Of a DNA stretch of 64,000 bases, positions 14,948-25,831 are shown in pieces. The DNA lies in assembly GCA_040954595.2 (NCBI GenBank), contig CM082577.2, positions 7,837,846 to 7,901,845 of the forward strand. Direction: 5' to 3'. The notes under the pieces were generated by a model. It had not been told where the DNA came from. It made no database searches and saw only the letters and a program-made list of their open reading frames with translations. Each line of letters opens with the position of its first letter. Positions within the stretch are counted from its first letter, which is position 1. The position numbers and the translations under genes are program-made. Source of the stretch: Balanoglossus misakiensis (Eukaryota > Animalia > Hemichordata).

Positions 14948-17900
14948 ATGTCCAGTGTGAACACCTCAAAGAAGCCCCACTTATGGGCCAAGCTGCGGAA
15001 GATTTCCGATGAAATCACAAGCGAGCAGCTGGGACAATTGAAATATTTGTTCATGGATATCATCGGAGAGGGCAAGATGGAAGACTGCAGACATGCCAGG
15101 GATCTCTTTCGGCTCCTGTGCCAGTCGGGAAAATTGGACGAAGATGACGTGGGTATTCTGAGAGAAGCGCTGGACCTAATTGGCTATCAGAAACTTATCA
15201 AGGATCATTTGCAAGACATGCCGTATAATAGTACTAACACAGAGCACATCAGTAACTTCAGGAAGCAGGTTTTTGAAATAGGCGCGGAACTTGACAAGCG
15301 AAACTTGGAAGAGCTTATCTTCCTGTGGAATGATCAGTTGCCTGCTGATGTAAGAGAGTCAAAGTGCGTGTGGACTGTCTTCAGTCACATGGAGAAACGA
15401 GGTGTCATATCAGAAGATAAACTCTGCGGTGATGAGAGCCTTGAAGACGCCCTGAAAGAGATAGGCAGATATGACTTGGCTGAGCTGCTTTCAAGTGAGT
15501 CTACTTAGTTTTGACTTTAATAATTATGCAAGAAGTAGACTCAACTGGAAAGGAAATCAGTGGTGTTTAACACTGCCACACTGCCGTGTAGTTAAAAATG
15601 TGGTATTGGCTATTTTTCAGTGGGTGACTGACCCACCTGATTTGTAACACTAACCTTAACCCTTATGCTAATGTAAGTTTGTGAAGGAAAGTTGTCGCTA
15701 TGTGAGTGTGTTGGTAATGCATCCATCTGCCATTATATATTGCTAATACTGCATTTTTGTTAACATCACGCTCTGAGTACTGGATACAAGTATCTCCTAA
15801 ATTATATTGGTTTGATATTTTTTACAGAGACAGAGAAACAGCCAAGCATGCACCTCAGTGCTACATGGCCAACTACGGCGGCACATACAGTTACTCTGAG
15901 CCCCAGCATAATCAATACAACCACAACACAAGATTATAAACCAGCACCAGATGTCTCTGGGATCAAACATCAACCAAGTAAAGAGAATTTTCTTTTTTTT
16001 TCACTTTTTAGTTATTGCTCATCAATACAGACTTGCTGGCATTTCTTTAGATCCAACATGACAGTACATACATGTTGTAGTTTGTAGCTATGTGCTTCAA
16101 AATATATTTCAACTTGTGTTGTAAATGACTGATATGCATGTATATATTTTTTTTAAACGAACAATTCTGATTCATGTTTGTGGACTTTCTGTAACTTGCA
16201 GCGAAACATTACACAATACCACCTAAAATACTCCTGGCTCCAAGCTTTTTTGCAAGTCTAACACCCTCAAGAGAATTACACGTACCCTCCAGTGAAATGT
16301 CAGCTCTGAGCCTCAGTCCAGGATTATCAAGGAGACAATATGGCGGCCAAATATCTTCTGCTGCATTGGGGTTTCCACAGCAACAAGGAGCTCACGAACA
16401 CCCACCAGCGTTGTCAGGCAGAGACACTTACACTTACAGGCAGTCACCGACTAGGAGTGTGAGCATGGTATCGCTCCACGCTCCTGAAGACGCCTCGTTT
16501 ATGTTTGGGCACCTACACCCTGGCAACCAGCCTCAAGGTAGGGGAGACGGCGCGGCAACTATATGTACACAACCCGAACAGTCCATGCAGTATATCGATA
16601 ACAGTATGGGCTTTTCCATGAATCCTGAGGTGATTAGGCGACACGGTGATGACACGGACACCGGCAGGATCACGCATCATCAAGCACCACAGAGCAATCT
16701 GCATGTACCACCAGCCACTACTGTGACCAGTTTTCCGACCCTGTCAGCAGGGCCGCAAGGCGGGAGCACAGGTCAGTCAACCACTGGCACTGCAACATAC
16801 GCGGGATCTGTCAACAACAACGACACCACAGCGGCAGAAACAGCCGCAGCATCTGAACCAGCATTGGCAGCATCGCGGACCGCGTCCACAGGTGCCACTC
16901 CCAGCATACCGTCGAAGATTTTGCATCCGCAGTCGGCCAGTGAAGGAGGCAGCATAGTTGCATCCAACCCTATGCAAGAAACTCCCGCAGTCGTCCAGGA
17001 TCCTTCCAAGCAGTGGACAGAGACCAAACTGGGACACAGGCTGAAGATTTTCTCGTACGATCAAATAACGTCAGTTGCCGGACAGTTCAGAGAGAAAATA
17101 AGCTGTGAAGGAGGCTTCGGCGATGTGTTCAAAGGTGAGTTGTGTGGAATCTGTGTAAGAGAGAAACATCACTTCCTGTTGGGGGAACTATAAAATCATG
17201 CAGAAATAACTTTTTTAGAATTTTTTGTTTTTTCAAACACAGGGGAAATTCATATTTATTGTTCAGACTGGTACGTAAGTTTAACTACTTGCAATAATGA
17301 GACATGTAACTGTTACATGTCTCATTATTGCAAGAAATTACACTGATGTTGGCGTCTATTTTTTTTTTTTCTGCATTTCTTCATGCACAGGTCGACTTGT
17401 GCTCGAGTGTGGGATCATTTGTGAAATTGCTGTCAAACAAATGAAAGGAGGACCTTCCATTGATCAAGGTGAAAAACAGTTCAAAAGGGTGAGTATAGTT
17501 ATTGTGAAAATGGGATTCGTATGTGACATACACATTTTTGTGACATTTGTGTTTTAGCTGCAAAGAAGCTTTGTGAACAAAAAGTTCTTGAGATTTTCTA
17601 GCTGTTATTTATGTGTTCTTTTCTTTTCTGTTTTGTTTTGTCTGTGATGTGAAGGAGGAAAGTGTTGCCGATGTCCGCCACCCATTTATTGTACCTGTGA
17701 TTGGTGTTTGTGCAGAACCCAAGTAAGCCTTTGTTTCGTATTTCGTGGTGTGCTCCCAAATAATCAGATTTGATGTTTTTAAGGCGATACTGAGGGATTC
17801 TGGTGGTTAAGGAAAACTGTCCACAGTCTATTCCTGGATTCTTATTCCCATCCCTTACTGGTACTGCTGATGGCACAAAATTTATAGGATTTAGCTGAAG

Positions 17901-19531
17901 AAAAATAATCCAGGAAATGGAGCATACTGCACTGAAAACTTGCTCAACTGCACTTGCGTCCAAACTGTAAATAAACTGCAGACCAGCTGATCAAAGGCCA
18001 TTTTTGGATTGCAGGAAGCCACTTTGTATTGTTTACCCATATATGGAAGGAGGTGATTTGAAAAAAGCCATTGATGGCAAAGACAGCCGACTGACATGGA
18101 AGAAGTCTTTTGGAATCATTATGCAAATCAGTTCTGCATTGATGTACTTACACAGTCATGAGTAAGTTGTGAATATGCAGTGTTTTAATTTAAGTGAGAG
18201 AGAGAGAGGGGTGGTGGTTATATGTAGTGCTGACTGATAAATGTACTTTTGAATGATTGATATACATGTAAATCATTTCTTCTCACTGATTACTGGGAAC
18301 ACGACAACTTACTCCCATTTCATCTCCAACTCGCGTCCAGCATTGTCCATCTTGATGTCAAACCTGGAAATATCCTACTGGATGCTCTGTTCAATGCAAG
18401 GCTTGGAGATGTAGGCCTTTCTAAGGACATTGATTCAGCCAAATCCAGAGCTTCTCTGACTGGCTCTCACCCGGGTACACCTGGCTACCAAGATCCTTCA
18501 ATGCTGGCTGATTGGTCAATCAGTCCGACCAATGACATTTACAGTCTTGGAGTGGGTAAGGAACTGTTATGCATGTCGAGTCTGAGTATTGTTCGTGCAG
18601 GGCTGATGAAAGAAGTATTCTTTACTAAAAATCACCAACCAAGGATTCACTGTTCGTGTTTGTTTTTTAAGGCTGGAGAGCAGCTGATCTCAATCAGCAT
18701 TATAATTTGCATGGCTGAAAAAGTCAGTCTTAGTTTCAGTTGAAAATGTCCTAGTCTTTGTTTGTCATCAATTACTTTAAGATCATTCTGGTGGATTTTT
18801 TAACTGAATGTGATTATTTTGTGTTGATATAGAAGTTCTGACTTCAGTTGCTGACATTGCTAGCTAATTTGCATGAATACTTATATACACTGTTGCCAGG
18901 AGATCTTTCTTACAAGGTTGTAAGCATCAAAAACTCCCTGTCCTTGCATACTTAACACAAGTAAGAAATTTTCATTGTGTTCTCTTGATGCAGTCATGTT
19001 GCGCGTACTTACCAGGAAACCAGCATTCCACAAAGAAGAAAAGAAACCATACCCCGTGTTTCTCAGGAAGAAGGGTTACTTGAAAGACCTGGATAAACTG
19101 TTGCAACTTGCTGATAAGGTAGCTTTGCTTGTGTGTTCAATATGACTGATAAAGAATACATTTATTTGGTGCAGTTGACTGCTATTTCAACATGGTTAAG
19201 AAAGTCACATGTCTTCAATAGATTGGTTACACTAAGTCACATGACATGAATAAATAGGTCACACTGACCTTACAATTGTTAATTGACCCCTTATATTGCT
19301 AATATTGATCCTTGCAAATGTGCTGATTTTTTTTCTGACAGGACATGTGGCCATCAGGTGACACGCCTGAATCGTCCCTTACCTGGGAGTTTGTTGAATT
19401 GATATGTCGGTGTTTGAAAGAACCAGATGACAGAATTTCAGCTAAGAAACTTCATGAAGACATGGAGGTACATGTATAAGCATTATGTATATGTATGTTT
19501 GTATATGTATGTACATATGTACATATACATT

Positions 19532-19562
<31 letters not shown>

Positions 19563-21329
19563 GTGTGTGTGTGTGCATGATAACTGTCTCTTTGTGTTGT
19601 GTCTGACCAGATAAAATCTAAGCTTTGTTTCTCAGTTTATATTTGAATGGTATAAATTGTCCTCGTTATTCTTGTGATTGGCAGAGTCTGGCAAAAAAGG
19701 CAAGCTGTGAGATCTATAGGGAACCAACACAGCCTTCAGATAAGAGTCTGTGTGTCATTTGCTATTCACATCCAAGAGGTAAGTGTGAATGTGCATTTTT
19801 TCCTTCATTTTGAATCTTACTTCCAGACTAAATGCAGGCGTAAATTACCCGAGCAATAAATCTCTCAGTCCACTTTTATTTATTCTCTTCTGTAATTTTC
19901 CAGTGCCACACCTCTCATTGACGAGCAAGTTCTGTCACAACACATGTGACAACGTCTGTCTGCAATGCCTGCTCGATGCTCCCAGTAATCCACTGGTGTG
20001 CCCCAAACATGGTGAAGCGCAACCTCCCATTGGTAGGTTAATGTTAATGCAAATTTCACACGAATTAATTACTGTGTCAGTATCATCATGTAAATTTCAT
20101 GAAATTCGTGAACATTTTTAGACGTGTTTTTTTGTGTGTGAAAAGTTGCATTTCTGCGAGTAGAGCTTGAGTAATGAACGCATAAAATGAATCTTGGAAT
20201 TCTTCACTCTCTGCAGGTCATTCTAATAGTTTTGCTATATTCGTTGCGGCGGAGGGTTTTCATCGTGATGCAACTAGGCTCTACAAGAAGTTCACCAATC
20301 CCAACATTGGTGCAATCTGGTTAGTACACAATGCACTTGTATTAGAATGGTATTAGTATTCGAGAAAGCACTCTGTGTTCAGTTGATGAAAATGTTTTTT
20401 TTTTTCTGGTTAGCCTAACCCCGGACATCAGCCATACCAGTCCCCCTCCCCTTATCTAGTACATGTACATTACCTGTTATGTTTACTCTTTTCGCAGGAA
20501 GGAAAATGCAGTTTTAATGACGGAAAATTCTAAAGATGACGACCTGAAACCGACCCCCGAAAATATTCTGCATCAGCTGAGTGTCATAGAAGAAAAGATG
20601 GACAAAAAATATGAAGCCAGCTTGATCTTTTACTTCTCGGGACATGGTTCAGCACACGGCAGGAGGTTGATGTGCAATTCCAGGGGATTGGAGGTATCAG
20701 CACTGCAACGGAAGTTGTGCAGGATGAACTTCACCCAGATGTTGATTATTCTCGACTGCTGTTTTGCAGCTGAGCGCGGCCCACTGCCGTCTGTACTCCT
20801 GCAGGATAACGCCCCTTCTTCTGACGGTGGTGGTGCGTCCGATTTGAGAGGGGATGACGTCGCCGAGGACGGTGCCGACGAGAAATTCGACGACGATCAT
20901 GACGTCCCCGTTCTGTACAGATTACTGGAGACGGACGCGGAGGTCGTGGAGAAGGTCTCCCCCTCAAAGTCGCCAAACTACAGCAGAATGCAGTGGTCGG
21001 CAAGTCAGAGCGAGGAGGCCTCCATCGGCTACACCGACGGAACCAGCCTCTTCACGAATCACATCATAGCGGGGCTCCGTGGCGCCAAGAAATGCCAACT
21101 CAGAGCAACGAAAACGGCCCCTAATTCCGAGTGCGAGGAATGTAGTCACTTCCGGGAGAGAGTCTCGAAGCAGTGTTACATAACACTGAATGAACTCATC
21201 GACTATGTGCACTACCACGTCAGCGAGCAGGTGGCTCGTCTTGGACGACCGCCTCAGACTCCCAAGATAGTGGCTGAAGAAAACACTAGGTATAGAAAGA
21301 TTGCATACTGCAAGCCAGAAGTAGAGTAG
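14948..21329 (+). CDS. Multidomain protein, about 1188 aa: DED-DED, low-complexity linker, IRAK/Pelle-like Ser/Thr kinase, RING-like finger, C14 caspase-like (metacaspase/orthocaspase-type) peptidase
   Basis: 13 GT-AG exons with compatible phases: 14948-15494, 15828-15977, 16202-17134, 17391-17488, 17655-17722, 18015-18161, 18341-18555, 18994-19118, 19342-19467, 19685-19778, 19904-20032, 20217-20319, 20498-21329; total 3567 nt, no internal stop. Domain motifs are listed in the sub-features. AATAAA at 21683 and 21893. Confidence 0.85.
14975..15494 (+). other. Tandem death effector domains of the 14948-21329 gene
   Basis: Repeat 1 LRKISDEITSEQLGQLKYLF..DLFRLLCQSGKL..ILREALDLIGYQKL; repeat 2 FRKQVFEIGAELDKRNLEELIFL..VFSHMEKRGVISEDKL..LEDALKEIGRYDLAELL with the DED RxDL signature, as in caspase-8/c-FLIP prodomains. 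Confidence 0.85.
17050..19467 (+). other. IRAK/Pelle/RLK-like protein kinase domain (spliced)
   Basis: FSYDQI..EGGFGDVFKG, IAVKQM, FKREE, VRHPFIVPVIG, CIVYPYMEGGDL, LTWKK..ALMYLH, IVHLDVKPGNILLD, LGDVGLSK, GTPGYQDPS, DIYSLGVVMLRVLTRKPAF, RCLKEPDDR. Confidence 0.9.
19751..20013 (+). other. Variant RING-like zinc finger (spliced across one intron)
   Basis: CVICYSHPRVPHLSLTSKFCHNTCDNVCLQCLLDAPSNPLVCPKHG: CxxC...CH..C...CxxC..CPxH pattern. Confidence 0.6.
20217..21329 (+). other. Peptidase C14 caspase-like domain (spliced across one intron)
   Basis: FAIFVA..DATRLYKKF, LIFYFSGHG (His 20643-20645), LIILDCCF (Cys 20760-20762), acidic linker, p10-like SASQSEEAS..SLFTNHIIAGLRG..ITLNELIDYV..QTP. Confidence 0.85.
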
Positions 21330-23470
21330 ACGTGGCCATGGGAGATACTTAGGAACTAAGTTTAGAACTGCCAGTGGTGATTCCGTATCTCGAATCAAAC
21401 AGGAAACAAAATCCATCGTGATTGGTCAGTCAGACCCACGGACTTGTTCTTCAACTAAATTTAACCAATCATTGGGCTTCTTCAAAATCTAGCAAATCAT
21501 GATAAACGAACGTTTTGTATGTTCCCCAACATGGTCGTTACGGTGAGGCTCCACTGTAAATGGATTTATACATGTAGAATACAAAATCTGTACAGGAACA
21601 TGATCTTTTGTGTATGGTCATGTTTTTATATAAACACCAAAGGGTATTCTGTAATCTTTTTATTTTTAATGAGTTTAGTTAAAATAAATACTTCCTGAAT
21701 CGAGTTATCTAATATTTGTATCAAAATACCCAGCCTAGAGCTTCTAACGTGTAGTTTCATTTGAAAACTAGTCTGCAATTGTAAATGATAACAAAGTCCA
21801 AACAGATATTGAATGTAACTTTTTCATTGGCACCGGGTTGATCGTGCATGGTGTAATGTAGGATATATTTGATATGTGATAACTTTTTAATGAATAAATT
21901 GGACTGTTGACTGAAAAGAAAACAGTGTTTTAATATTTGAAAAATAAAATCAGAGATTCATCAACGATGTGTATATTGTGTATTTGCCATTTCTCTGGCA
22001 CAAAACATATTTTCTTTTTTAAATTATGGCAATAAAAGAACGAAGGAACGAACTAACAGTATCACACGAGGGCAGTATACCCCTGTTTTGGGAGTACTGT
22101 ACATGTATAGATATTTTGCCCGGCCTATATTCGAGCTGTACCGCCCGGTTATTACCCCCGGGGAACTTGTATTACAAGCACAACATTTGCGGACTCAGGC
22201 AAATAACGTGCAATTCTGGTATTAACTCACTGTCACAAGTGGTAAAAAAGTTTAGACATTCGATAATTTACAGAGGACCACAATTCTTTAGAGTGTCTAT
22301 TTTGTATGTCACACCCGTAATCAAGACGTTTCCCGTATTCGCTGCTATGCACAACGGGCACAGAACGCTAAATGTCTGACTCAGTAATAGAATAACAAAC
22401 AAATTAACACCATTATCAGTTTTCCGTTTTTGGTAGTCTAGGAAACAGTTTATTTTAAAGCGGGGTCGGATCATTGTATTAAATTCTTGCCCATTGTGTT
22501 CCTGTTATATGCTATAGACGATTTCATTCATGGACACCACCCTAAGTTGTGTGCACTTTTCTCTTGTCTGCTGTTTACCTCTACGAATGCCATTGAGACG
22601 TTGGAGGGATGTCCCGAACAACAATAACACACAAGAACAGGGGATCTTTACAAATCATGCTAATCCCCGGTATTTACATATGCCTGTGCGTAACCGTAGA
22701 GCCCAGCGGCCAAAGCGGACGGGGGTGCAACAATACTGAAATTATTCAGAAGACTGTCGGTTTTTTACTGCTAGGCTAATTTACTACACCGCAGATTTCG
22801 AACTTCACCAGAACCCGGACTACCTGTTGTCTACTCTTGGCCCTGTGGGAGTGAAAGTTGTTCTCGGAGAAGGAAAATACAGCCGTTCGTATTCACTGAC
22901 CGGAAGGTGGTGGTAATACATACATAACGGTTTGTTCACTTGTACAAGCTTGAGCAACACTTGCCAACAGGGGAATTTGATTTTTATAACGGCGAGGCTA
23001 TAAACCGTAAGTGTTTCAATGTTCAAATGTTGGTGGACAATCGGTTGAAACTTTGACTGCGAAACTTGCTACGAAATGTGACGAACTATTTCCCTGTATT
23101 CAGATTTCATAATACTGGTAGAGCATATAAGAAAGAGTGGGATACCAGTTTAAAGAGTGTTTTTATACCAGAAATCAAGTGAATTCTTTTTCGTGGAGTG
23201 ATCTTTGGAACTTGAAGTGCAACTAGTTACAATGCTGAACTGGTCGCCAGGTTGTTCAAATGAAATGCACTCACTGACAACACATGGCATTTTATTACAC
23301 AGTGCATGTCTTTGTTATACCAGACACTCTAAAGTTGAGCTGTGACCAAAATCTCAACAGCTACTCCAAAGACAAGAGTACTGGTGTTTGCTGATTGTTT
23401 GTCGATTTTGTACTGTATGTTTCAGCTTTATTTGTCTGTATTTCTTAAACTCTTTCTTCAGATTCTACAA

Positions 23471-25831
23471 ATGTTCTGGAGAATTGCGCCGCCGTTGGTT
23501 GTTCTGTTGAGTGTCATCGTTCAAACGCATTCGCTTGGTAAGTTGTATACTGCACGGTGTCGGAAGATTATAGACTGAATAACAAGGAGTTGAAAAGTAG
23601 ACCTTTATGCCTCCACATTTACTTCAAATTGTCATAATTTCTGTGGAGAATGTGTATTTACTAGCATCTATTCTGTATCTGGGCCCAGTTGGTCATGCAG
23701 CTGAGTGGTATGGCCATTCCACCACGACAAGCGACTTGAACACAATTTTGAAAAAAATGTTCATCGGAACAAGTCATACATGTGTCACAGATTAGAACAA
23801 CTGATTTGCAATTTTAAGAGTGAAAGATACATATTACCATGTTGAGATAGTGTTTTCCGATTCGTTTACTAGCAAAATCATTGCAATTCTAGTCAAAATC
23901 TGTAATAACGCGAACTTTACGGCTGTCACCGCAACGTTTCACGACAAACAGCCTTTGAATCAAAATCTGATTATATTCAGATGTATTAGATGTATTAATT
24001 ACAATCATGTAAATTGTGAAATTTTCTTTTTCTTTACAGACTGTGGAGGTACTTCTTGCCTTAATGCAGTATCATGCATGAACACCACTGAATGCGTATG
24101 TACTATTGGATGGATGGGAGATTTGTGCGGTAAATACATAATTGAACATTTCGTGTTACATGTACGTTGCCGAAGTGTTAAACTATTATGTTATTTGGCA
24201 ATCTTGAGAATGTACCTTATTTGTGTTTAGCGAATGTTTCATTGGATTCCCGAAATTCATCTCGTCAGATGTATGCGGTGTAGCTACCTGTCTACATGGC
24301 GAGTGTACCGGAAGTGCTTGCGTATGTGAAACTGGTTGGAATGGTACTAACTGTGGTATGTATTACAAACTATAACCTAAGGTGATATAAGATTCAAATT
24401 TTGGGAGAGGGAGAGAGGGGAGAGAGTTACTAATGACCACAAAAGATTGGTGTAAAAGCGCTCTTGTAAATAGAAGCCACGGGTTTTGCTTTTCATTTGT
24501 TATTAAATGCACCATCTTTGAACTTGAGGTATCGATCCGGGAGAACAAGAAAACCTGAGATCTTATTAATGAAGTTTAGGGGTAGAACGACCAGGAACGA
24601 TCTCCTGCAATAATAAGATATTTTCTTTTCCAGATGCATGTACAAACTCTGGATGTGCGAATGGCGTGTGTAACGCCACCACTGGGAAGTGTGAATGCCA
24701 CAACGGTTGGAGTGGAGACACTTGCGGTAAGAATGATAGCACATCACATCACATCACATCACATCGCATCACATCACATATCGCATCTCATGACATGCCG
24801 TCGTTCTATGTTATGTTGTGTGACTTCAAGTCACAGATTATGGTATCCTGTGAGCTTTGTTTCTCGACGAAGTTTTCTTCAATACTGTGTGCATGCTTTT
24901 CACATTTTTTAATTTCACATTAAAGCTATATAGTCTCCCTGTGTCCCAGTGTCTCGCGCAATGGCATTCGTTTTGGTATCTATGTTATCAAAAACGTTGG
25001 TGTCGCGGCAACGTCGATTTTATTACTGTTCTTATATGTGCATTCACACCCAATCCGTTTGTTTCAAACAGACGTGTGCGGCCCTGGCACGTGCGTGTAC
25101 GGTTCTTGCCCCGACGAGGGTGAAACTGGATGCACCTGTTATGGACCTTGGTCGGGAGAAAACTGTGGTAAGATCGCTAAGGCGTTAGCTTATCAATATC
25201 ATTTTGCCTCTGGTAGTTATTAAGCATATTCTGAACATAGGAAATCGTTCTTCGTGTCTTCCTACATGTTTATAGATCAATGCGGCAACAGCAGATGTGT
25301 CAACGGCGACTGTGCATTCGGGTCATCAGCAGAAGAAATATGTACATGTTTCGAGGGCTACACTGGATTTCACTGCGATGTTGGTAAGCTTATACAGCGT
25401 TAAAGTAGACTTTAGCAATGGCGAGCTAGCCCGGATACGCGTATATGTATGGCATTGATGACGGGGACCAAGTCAGTAGGCACTACATGTATAGCCCAGT
25501 TAGATAATATGAAATTACTGCTTATATTAATTTTACGCTGGCACCATTAAACATAATTTAATTTCAGTTTATCATTATGCACAATTAGAGAAGTTTTTGA
25601 AGTGTAATGATTTCTAGCAAAGTCTTATCCAGCTTTAGTGTTCACATCTAATTTACATACATTCATTCCAGCTGTTGTGGACCAATGGAAAATATCAATT
25701 GAATGAATCCACTTTACTTAAATAACGTTGTTTGTTTTAATACAGAGAGCACAGAAGACAGTTCGAACAAGCTCAAAGGCCTAATCTTCATGTGCGTCAT
25801 ACCAGCGATATTTGCTTTATTCCACTATTGA
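23471..25831 (+). CDS. Small surface protein, about 208 aa: signal peptide, 5 EGF-like repeats, C-terminal hydrophobic tail (putative GPI signal)
   Basis: Exons 23471-23537, 24040-24129, 24269-24355, 24634-24726, 25072-25167, 25276-25383, 25746-25831, all phase-1 junctions. Each internal exon is one 6-Cys EGF module (CxCxxGW/YxGxxC). Ends SSNKLKGLIFMCVIPAIFALFHY-stop. Confidence 0.85.
24740..24790. repeat. Imperfect (CACAT)n microsatellite, intronic
   Basis: Tandem pentamers read directly from the sequence. Confidence 0.8.

Noticed and set aside
16202-17040. RHIM motif in the linker, by analogy with RIPK1/3
   Set aside because: No (I/V)Q(I/V/L)G core found.
17914-17970. Alternative kinase exon start at CAG/GAAATG
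   Set aside because: Runs into TAA; exons 17655-17722 and 18015-18161 give a continuous kinase instead, so the gene is not a pseudogene.
20498-21329. Bacterial contamination as the source of the caspase-like ORF
   Set aside because: The domain starts in the previous exon and is joined by a canonical GT-AG intron in the correct phase.
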